A stretch of 32,000 nucleotides of DNA from Candidatus Saccharimonadota bacterium (GTDB lineage: Archaea > Nanohalarchaeota > Nanosalinia > Nanosalinales > Nanosalinaceae): the NCBI GenBank assembly GCA_001761425.1, contig CP012986.1, positions 690,001 through 722,000 on the forward strand. The letters are read 5' to 3'. Below are positions 26,310 through 32,000 of this stretch, piece after piece. The notes beneath the pieces were generated by a model, which was not told where the DNA came from, did not search any database, and saw only the letters and a list, made by a program, of their open reading frames with translations. Made by a program: the position numbers and the translations under genes. Positions within the stretch are counted from its first letter, which is position 1, and the number at the start of each line of letters is the position of its first letter.

Positions 26310-26506
26310 GTGTCCTGGAAGATCTTGTAGAAACGTTCAGGCAGAGGCCCTGGAGAACTGTTTTTACGATACTCCTGATAATTTTCTGGATAGCTGTACC
26401 GCTTATATCCCAGTTATACTTCGACATGTCGGCGGTAAAGATCTCCTTTACAGTGACAGTGCTTTACTACGCTGGATGGAAACTCTACGAACTACAGACA
26501 GGTTAA
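26306..26506 (+). CDS. small two-TM membrane protein, coupled to the coiled-coil gene
   Basis: 66 aa with an ATGA overlap to the upstream stop. Contains WRTVFTILLIIFWIAVPLI and ISFTVTVLYYAGW. Confidence 0.45.
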   Translation: MSVLEDLVETFRQRPWRTVFTILLIIFWIAVPLISQLYFDMSAVKISFTVTVLYYAGWKLYELQTG

Positions 26507-27159
26507 TCCTCTTCATCTTCAAGTTTACTGTAGACCCTGTAACTGTAGACAGTTCCTGCAACCGAAAGAACGACCGCAGGCCCGACAACAAACTCCAGAA
26601 GCATACCCGGGAATACAAGGCCTCCCAGTGAGAAAAAACCTGCGAACTTGAACCACGGAGCCAGTTTACTGTGTGTCCTGTCCCATACCTCATCTTTACT
26701 TAAAGTCCACGGCGTTCTCAGGCCTATGAACCAGTTTCTCTCTGCTTTCTCGAATACAAGGCCTATGACGTAGAAGATCCCTGCTACAGCAGGTACGACA
26801 GCTCTCGAGATATCGAAAGCCGATCCAGTATTCCACAGCACAATCAAGGCCTGTATATACGTGATGAAAGCGATTATCGCCACTGACAGCCATTCAAAAA
26901 CAGGTTTGAAGTTCTCTATATTATCTTTCAACGGATCTACCGCGGGAAGAATCTTGAACAGCGATAGAACAGCGATAGAGACCAGAGGTAAAACTGCAAG
27001 GCCTGGAAGCTTCTCCATAGTCCTGTCAGGCTGGTTCGACGAGTCGAAATGCGTCGCGACGTCGCCTTCCACCTGTAAGTATCCGTGAAGGGAAACTCCC
27101 AGCATCAGCACTAAGAGGCCTATCGATGCATAATCAGATTTTTCCAGGTTCACAGACAC
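26503..27159 (-). CDS. DUF1648 / SdpI-family membrane protein
   Basis: DVATHFDSSNQPDRTMEK (DUF1648: .P.Hf...G.pDr) and NWFIGLRTPWTLSKDEVWDRTH (SdpI: N...GiRtpWTL.s.evW..TH). GTG start. Its stop overlaps the convergent gene's stop within TTAA (26503-26506). Confidence 0.7.
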   Translation of the reverse strand: MSVNLEKSDYASIGLLVLMLGVSLHGYLQVEGDVATHFDSSNQPDRTMEKLPGLAVLPLVSIAVLSLFKILPAVDPLKDNIENFKPVFEWLSVAIIAFITYIQALIVLWNTGSAFDISRAVVPAVAGIFYVIGLVFEKAERNWFIGLRTPWTLSKDEVWDRTHSKLAPWFKFAGFFSLGGLVFPGMLLEFVVGPAVVLSVAGTVYSYRVYSKLEDEED

Positions 27160-27220
27160 AAATTCGATTTTCTGCTATTATACCTTTCCTTTTTTCTGAA
27201 GGCCTTCAGATCCGGGAAAG

Positions 27221-27781
27221 ATGATTTATAGCAAAAGTTCAAAAACAGGTCTTATGCCCGGTAAAATGTTTATAGAAGGAGAAGACGTAAACCTACGGAC
27301 TATCGAAGAGGAAGATGCACAGTTCCTGAGAAACGGTGTGAACCATCCCGAAGTCCGCATCCATATGGGAAACAGAAGGCCTCAGAACCTTGAAAACGAA
27401 AAAGACTTTATCGAAAACGCGGTACAGGACGAAGACGATGTAAACCTGCTTATCTGTAAAGAAGACGAAGCCATGGGCATCATATCACTGAAACAGAAAG
27501 ACAAGGCCTCAAAACTAGGAGAGATCGGTATCTGGCTCCACCCTGACTACCACGGGAACGGCTACGGAACCGAGGCCTCAAAACTAGTCGTAGAGCACGG
27601 CTTCGAACAGTTGAACTATCACAAACTTTACGCCCGTGCTCACAGCGACAATGAGGCCTCAAAAAGCATCTGGAGGAAACACGGTTTCCAGAAGGAAGGA
27701 GAATTTAAAGACCACGTGTATACTGAAGGAGAGTACAGAGACGTAGTCTATTACGGCCTACTGGAGGAGGACAGATTATGA
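27221..27781 (+). CDS. GNAT N-acetyltransferase, RimJ/RimL (Acetyltransf_3) type
   Basis: VNLRTIEEEDAQFL, GEIGIWLHPDYHGNGYGTEASKLVVEHGFEQLNYHKLYARAHSDNEASKSIWRKHGFQKEGEFKDHVY...RDVVYYGLL. Confidence 0.8.
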   Translation: MIYSKSSKTGLMPGKMFIEGEDVNLRTIEEEDAQFLRNGVNHPEVRIHMGNRRPQNLENEKDFIENAVQDEDDVNLLICKEDEAMGIISLKQKDKASKLGEIGIWLHPDYHGNGYGTEASKLVVEHGFEQLNYHKLYARAHSDNEASKSIWRKHGFQKEGEFKDHVYTEGEYRDVVYYGLLEEDRL

Positions 27782-28311
27782 AACAGACAAAATTCCTTGA
27801 AAAAGAAGACGTCGTCCTGAGGCCTGTAGAAAAGGATGACGCAGAATTTCTTCAGGAAACAGTGCTTGAACCCGAAGTTAGGAACACAATTGGGCGTGCT
27901 CCAAAGCCGACAAGCATCGAGGAACAGAAAGACTGGATAGAGAAAAACAGGAAAGACGATGACCTGGCACAGTTCCTCATAGAGTACAAAGGAGAAAAAG
28001 CCGGTAACATGACACTTCACGGACTTGAAACTGATTACAGGAGAGGAGAATTCGGCATATCCATATATCCGGACTTCCAGGGCAAAGGAATAGGTACTAA
28101 ATCAGTAAAACTGATAGTAAAATATGCCTTCGAAACACTGAACCTCCACAAAGTAAAAGGAGGCTATCTGGAACACAACTCGGCATCAAAAAGAGTCATG
28201 GAAAAAGCAGGATTCAGGGAAGAGGGAACTGGAAGAGACTTCAAATACGTCGACGGAGAATGGAAAGACGTTATCTGGATGAGCATCCTCGAGGACGAAT
28301 ACCATGAATGA
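27778..28311 (+). CDS. GNAT N-acetyltransferase, RimJ/RimL (Acetyltransf_3) type
   Basis: VVLRPVEKDDAEFL, GEFGISIYPDFQGKGIGTKSVKLIVKYAFETLNLHKVKGGYLEHNSASKRVMEKAGFREEG. ATGA overlap with the upstream gene. Confidence 0.8.
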   Translation: MKQTKFLEKEDVVLRPVEKDDAEFLQETVLEPEVRNTIGRAPKPTSIEEQKDWIEKNRKDDDLAQFLIEYKGEKAGNMTLHGLETDYRRGEFGISIYPDFQGKGIGTKSVKLIVKYAFETLNLHKVKGGYLEHNSASKRVMEKAGFREEGTGRDFKYVDGEWKDVIWMSILEDEYHE

Positions 28312-29350
28312 AGAACCTGTTCTCCCAGAAAAACTTGAAAAAGGAGACAAGGTAGCGGTAATCGCGGTCTCATCCGGGATAAAAAATCGGTTCCCGGCAG
28401 CTTTCGAAAAAGGCCTTGAAGTCCTCAGAGAAAGATTTGAACTGGAACCTGTGACATACCCCAGTGCTGAAAGAGATACCGAATACCTCAACCAGCATCC
28501 AGAGGAGAAAGCCGAGGAACTTATGGAAGCGTTCGAAGATCCGGAGATTAAAGGCGTCGTAGCTGTAACAGGCGGTGACGAGCAGCTCAGAGTCCTGAAA
28601 CACCTGGAACAGGAAAGACTGAAGCAGAACCCGACACGTTTCTACGGAATAAGCGACAACACCAATCTACACGTCTATCTTAACCAGTTAGGTCTTCAAA
28701 GCTTCTACGGAGGCCAGTTAGTCAGCGACCTGATGGCACAGGAAGAAATCGCAGACTACACCTTCAAGCACCTGGAGAAGGCCTTTTTCAGCGACTCACT
28801 GGGAAAGATCAGGGCCTCGGAAGAATTCAGTGACGATTTCGTTGATCTAACCAGGGATAAGATTGTCGATAACAGGGAAAAATTTGAGAACCCTGGCTGG
28901 GAGTTCTGGAACTTTGAAAACGAGGTCTCCGGCCGTCTTTTCGGTGGCTGCCTCGAGATAATCTACTGGATGCTTGCCTCGGGAAAGATAGATACAGATA
29001 AACTTGAGGGAAAGATTCTGGCACTTGAGGCATCGGAAGCTCCTTCAGAGACAGAGGTCAAGAGATGGCTGATGTGCATGGGTGAAAGAGGTTTCCTGCA
29101 GAAGTTCGAAGCCATCATCGTTGGAAGGCCTGTCAGAGAGCCTCTTCACGGCGAGGAAAAAACTTTGGAGGAAAAAGAAGAGTATCACAGCAGGTTCAAG
29201 GAAAGAATTAGGAAAGAAATCCATCGATACTGCCCGGATACCCCAGTGGTCTTCGATATGGATTTCGGGCATACAGATCCGAAGATTCCTCTTCAACTCG
29301 GCGGCAAAATCTGTTTAAGGCCTGAAAAAGAAGCTGTAGAATTCAGTTAG
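28304..29350 (+). CDS. S66 family serine peptidase (LD-carboxypeptidase / MccF-like)
   Basis: LEKGDKVAVIAVSSG, IKGVVAVTGGDEQLRVL, FYGISDNTNLH (nucleophile Ser context G.SD.T.L), and DMDFGHTDP (catalytic His context fGH). 8-nt overlap with the upstream gene. Confidence 0.8.
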   Translation: MNEEPVLPEKLEKGDKVAVIAVSSGIKNRFPAAFEKGLEVLRERFELEPVTYPSAERDTEYLNQHPEEKAEELMEAFEDPEIKGVVAVTGGDEQLRVLKHLEQERLKQNPTRFYGISDNTNLHVYLNQLGLQSFYGGQLVSDLMAQEEIADYTFKHLEKAFFSDSLGKIRASEEFSDDFVDLTRDKIVDNREKFENPGWEFWNFENEVSGRLFGGCLEIIYWMLASGKIDTDKLEGKILALEASEAPSETEVKRWLMCMGERGFLQKFEAIIVGRPVREPLHGEEKTLEEKEEYHSRFKERIRKEIHRYCPDTPVVFDMDFGHTDPKIPLQLGGKICLRPEKEAVEFS

Positions 29351-29830
29351 ATGAGAATCCGGCATGCCAACGTCGATGACGTAGAAAAGATACAGGACAT
29401 CGCCATGGAGACATGGCTCGATACATACAAAGACATAATCGACGAAAACACTATCAGAGAGATCGTAGAAAGCTGGTATGACAAAGAGGACCTTGTTCAA
29501 CAGGTAAAAGATCCTGTCTTCTTCGTAGCAGAAGATGATGAAGGCCTGACAGGCTATGTGCATGCTTCGGTGAGGAAAGAAAAATCTCACCTTCACAGAC
29601 TGTACGTAAGACCTGAAAGCCAGGGCAAAGGCAAAGGGGGAAAACTATACGATAGAGCAGAGCAGGAGATCACTGATTCTGGAGCTGAAAGGATAGAACT
29701 TGAAGTTATGGCAGAGAACAGTAAAGGCCTTGGTTTCTACAGATCCAGAGGTTTTACAGAGGACAAGGAAGAAACTGTGGTCCTGAACGGTAAGAAAATC
29801 GTCCAAAAAGTCCTTTTCAAGCCTCTCTAA
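29351..29830 (+). CDS. GNAT N-acetyltransferase (Acetyltransf_1 type)
   Basis: LHRLYVRPESQGKGKGGKLY (acetyl-CoA Q/RxxGxG/A motif) and GFYRSRGF. The ATG follows the upstream TAG immediately. Confidence 0.8.
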   Translation: MRIRHANVDDVEKIQDIAMETWLDTYKDIIDENTIREIVESWYDKEDLVQQVKDPVFFVAEDDEGLTGYVHASVRKEKSHLHRLYVRPESQGKGKGGKLYDRAEQEITDSGAERIELEVMAENSKGLGFYRSRGFTEDKEETVVLNGKKIVQKVLFKPL

Positions 29831-29974
29831 CACCTGGGCTTTCAGCCTCTCCTTTCATCAACGGGAGAAAAATGTTTTTGAAGAGATAATTGAAAAAGGC
29901 TTGATTTTTTCGGGTTTCCATAACTGTTTTGTACTGGCGAACAGGTTTTAAGCTTACAGTTCAAAATTTTTTCC

Positions 29975-30541
29975 ATGTCAGTTTTAGCTTATGTCGCGGG
30001 AGGTATAGTCGTTCTTGTCGCTCTGATAAGTATTTACTATTACAACAGGATGGTGAAGCTGGAAAACCGTGTGGACAATGCATGGGCGCAGATAGATGTC
30101 CAGCTTAAGAAACGTGCCGATTTAGTGCCTAATCTTATGGAGACGGTCGAGGGATACATGGAGCACGAAAGAGAAGTAATGGATCAGGTCTCAGAGTCCA
30201 GGGAGAAAATGATGAACGCACAGAGCCAGGAAGAGGAGGTCCAGGCTGGAAATGACATGGGAAAGGCTCTCAAATCACTGTTCGCCGTCGCAGAGGACTA
30301 CCCCGATCTGAAGGCGTCGCAGAATTTCTCCGAGCTTCAGCAGGAACTATCAAGTATTGAGAACAAGATTGCCTACGCACGCCAACACTACAATGACTCA
30401 GTCATGACATTTAACAACGCGATCGAGACCTTCCCGGCTGTTTTATTCGCCAACATCTTCGGCAAACAGGAGAAAGATCAGCTTGAGATCGAGACAGCAG
30501 ATAAAGAGCTTCCAGAAGTAGATTTCTCCAGCGATGAGTAA
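29975..30541 (+). CDS. lemA: LemA family protein
   Basis: N-terminal TM segment then YYYNRMVKLENRVDNAWAQIDVQLKKRADLVPNLMETV...YPDLKASQNF..LQ.EL...ENKIAYARQHYNDSV..FN, which is the canonical LemA sequence. Confidence 0.88.
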   Translation: MSVLAYVAGGIVVLVALISIYYYNRMVKLENRVDNAWAQIDVQLKKRADLVPNLMETVEGYMEHEREVMDQVSESREKMMNAQSQEEEVQAGNDMGKALKSLFAVAEDYPDLKASQNFSELQQELSSIENKIAYARQHYNDSVMTFNNAIETFPAVLFANIFGKQEKDQLEIETADKELPEVDFSSDE

Positions 30542-30559
30542 AGAGGAGGTGAAAGGCCT

Positions 30560-31429
30560 ATGATGCTGGAAGATCAGATTAAATGGAACCGGCGTAAAAG
30601 CTATGCATTACTCTTCATAGTTCCACTAATCCTTCTGGCGGTTATATTCGTCTTTGGAAGAGTTTTCGTACCGAGAATCAGCCCTTTCCTTATTCTCGCA
30701 GCTGGATCAGGTATATCAGTTCTGTACGTGCTTTTCTCCTATTTCAAGAGCGATGAAATGATACTTGAGGTTGTGGGCGCAAAAGAAGCTTCCGAACAGG
30801 AGTACAGCCAGCTTCATGATTTAATGGAAGGCCTTACTATCTCTTCCGGTATGTCCAAGCCTGATCTCTACATACAGGAAGATGACAGGATCAACGCGTT
30901 CGCAACCGGTAGAAAACCAGAGGACGGGAAAGTCTGTGTGACAACCGGTGCACTGGAGAAACTGGACGAAGACGAACTCGAAGGAGTCCTGGCCCACGAA
31001 CTCTCACACATCAAAAACCAGGATATCATGTTCATGACAGTCGCAGTCGCACTGATCGGAGTCATCAGCATCATCAGCGAACTACTGCTCCACAGCATGT
31101 TCTTCGGAGTAGACGATGATGCACCACCATGGGCAATGGCAGCAGGCCTTTTACTCGCAATCCTCGCACCTATATCAGCGAGAATGGTACAGCTTGCCAT
31201 GTCAAGAAAAAGAGAATACCTGGCCGATGCTTCAGGCGCACAGATGACACGCTACCCGGAAGGCCTCGCATCAGCACTGGAAAAAATCCAGAACCAGAAA
31301 AACCCGAAGATGGATGTGAACAAAGCCGTCTCGCACCTGTACTTCTCAAATCCCTTCAAAAACAAGGCCTCTTTCTTCTCAACGCATCCACCGCTGGAGG
31401 AAAGAGTTGAAAGACTCCGCAACATGTAA
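30560..31429 (+). CDS. htpX: M48 family zinc metalloprotease, HtpX-like
   Basis: Two N-terminal TM segments, INAFATG, HELSHIKNQD (HExxH), two further TM segments, and REYLADASGA (third ligand Glu region). Confidence 0.88.
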   Translation: MMLEDQIKWNRRKSYALLFIVPLILLAVIFVFGRVFVPRISPFLILAAGSGISVLYVLFSYFKSDEMILEVVGAKEASEQEYSQLHDLMEGLTISSGMSKPDLYIQEDDRINAFATGRKPEDGKVCVTTGALEKLDEDELEGVLAHELSHIKNQDIMFMTVAVALIGVISIISELLLHSMFFGVDDDAPPWAMAAGLLLAILAPISARMVQLAMSRKREYLADASGAQMTRYPEGLASALEKIQNQKNPKMDVNKAVSHLYFSNPFKNKASFFSTHPPLEERVERLRNM

Positions 31430-31438
31430 AAAAATTTT
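31428..31438. terminator. A7T4 spacer between convergent genes, candidate oligo-T terminator
   Basis: TAAAAAAATTTTAG lies between the htpX stop and the stop of the 31437-31862(-) gene. Confidence 0.25.
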
Positions 31439-31862
31439 AGCTGAGGTTCTCTCTCAGGAGTCCCTGTGTGTATGCTCCCAGTAACATTCCTGCTATCGCC
31501 AAAAGAGCAGGAAAGTTCCCTATACCGATACTTGCGTATGCTGCTCCGGGACAGATCCCTGAAATACCCCATCCTACGCCGAATACGATACCGCCGAAGA
31601 CTACTCTTCTATCAAGGTCTTTAACGCGTTTTCCCAGTTTTTGACCTGTTATCAGAGCCTCTATGTTTCTCCTTACTGCGATTTCGAATAGAAGGCCTAC
31701 TGAAACAGCTCCTGTAAGCAGGAAAGCCAGTAACCCTAGGTCCTTGAGCTGGAGGAAGTTCAGAACTACTTCAGGCCTTGCCATCTGGCTCAGGGCCAGT
31801 CCCAGGCCGAAAAGCATTCCGCCGGTGATGTAGACTGCGTTCAGCTTCCGGCTTTTTTTCAT
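31437..31862 (-). CDS. YeeE/YedE-family (sulfur/thiosulfate transport) half-size membrane protein
   Basis: 141 aa with 4 TM segments. GVGWGISGICPGAAY is the GxCPG signature of this family. Confidence 0.7.
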   Translation of the reverse strand: MKKSRKLNAVYITGGMLFGLGLALSQMARPEVVLNFLQLKDLGLLAFLLTGAVSVGLLFEIAVRRNIEALITGQKLGKRVKDLDRRVVFGGIVFGVGWGISGICPGAAYASIGIGNFPALLAIAGMLLGAYTQGLLRENLS

Positions 31863-32000
31863 GGAGTTACCCCCAGTGCCTGTACGGTCAGTGCTGTGAT
31901 GATTGCGGTGAAGAGGAAGAAAACAAAGTTGACTATCGAGGCCTTTGACAGCGATCCTATCCCGTTCATACCGTGTCCTGAGGTACAGCCTTTGCCGAAC
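31859..32000 (-). CDS. YeeE/YedE-family half-size membrane protein (N-terminus outside the window)
   Basis: Manual translation: FGKGCTSGHGMNGIGSLSKASIVNFVFFLFTAIITALTVQALGVTP*. Shows the GCTSGHG signature. ATGA overlap with the downstream paralogue. Confidence 0.7.
   Translation of the reverse strand, partial: FGKGCTSGHGMNGIGSLSKASIVNFVFFLFTAIITALTVQALGVTP

Larger units (their letters stand above)
1..32000. repeat. Dispersed hyper-abundant palindromic hexamer AGGCCT (about 150 copies, roughly one per 210 bp)
   Basis: Hand count line by line. Examples: 106-111, 246-251, 363-368, 1552-1557, 1981-1986, 3070-3075, 9088-9093 plus 9095-9100, 13981-13986, 17041-17046, 22441-22446, 30554-30559. Found in coding DNA of both strands, in all three phases, and in spacers. 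Flanks are biased to RAGGCCTY. Confidence 0.9.

Noticed and set aside
27504-27666. AGGCCTCAAAACTAG repeated at 27504-27518 and 27573-27587, with a third AGGCCTCAAAA at 27654
   Set aside because: Each copy encodes (K/E)ASK at conserved GNAT positions (TEA..., N.AS...). The repeat is explained by the pervasive AGGCCT motif plus protein conservation, not by a repeat element.
28304-29350. Annotating the S66 peptidase as a murein LD-carboxypeptidase (peptidoglycan recycling)
   Set aside because: The rest of the window is archaeal (L40e, intron-containing tRNA, archaeal RibH and YchF), so the host should lack murein. I kept the family call and left the substrate open.
1-32000. CRISPR arrays, IS or transposase genes, integrases, rRNA genes, additional tRNAs
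   Set aside because: I scanned for regularly spaced direct repeats, DDE or tyrosine-recombinase-like ORFs, and T-arm GTTCRAATC signatures. Only the single tRNA-Thr was found.

Overview
The window is gene-dense (about 50 genes, short spacers, several 1-8 nt start/stop overlaps) and looks archaeal and halophilic. Evidence for this: ribosomal protein L40e, an intron-containing tRNA-Thr, archaeal-type RibH and YchF, and very acidic (D/E-rich) predicted proteins at roughly mid-40s %GC by eye. This would fit a low-GC 'salt-in' archaeon such as a nanohaloarchaeon, but that is inference only.

Recognisable genes:
- Translation and housekeeping: hisS, ribH, ychF-type GTPase, uppP, rpl40e, CsaA-like tRNA-binding protein.
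- Redox and isoprenoid: PQQ-type sugar dehydrogenase, FMN reductase, squalene-synthase-like enzyme, CruF-like membrane protein.
- Other enzymes: EEP nuclease/phosphatase, two APH-type kinases.
- Membrane and envelope: DMT transporter, SdpI-like protein, LemA plus HtpX, two YeeE/YedE half-transporters.
- A translationally coupled GNAT-GNAT-S66(MccF-like)-GNAT cluster.

About 20 ORFs are acidic or membrane hypotheticals.

The most striking signal is not a gene. The palindrome AGGCCT occurs about 150 times by hand count, roughly 20-fold above expectation. It lies in all codon phases, on both strands and in spacers.

A roughly 4 kb stretch downstream of the tRNA is depleted in this motif and looks like a foreign islet. 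No CRISPR array, IS element, integrase or rRNA was seen. All functional calls rest on motifs recalled from memory; no searches were run.
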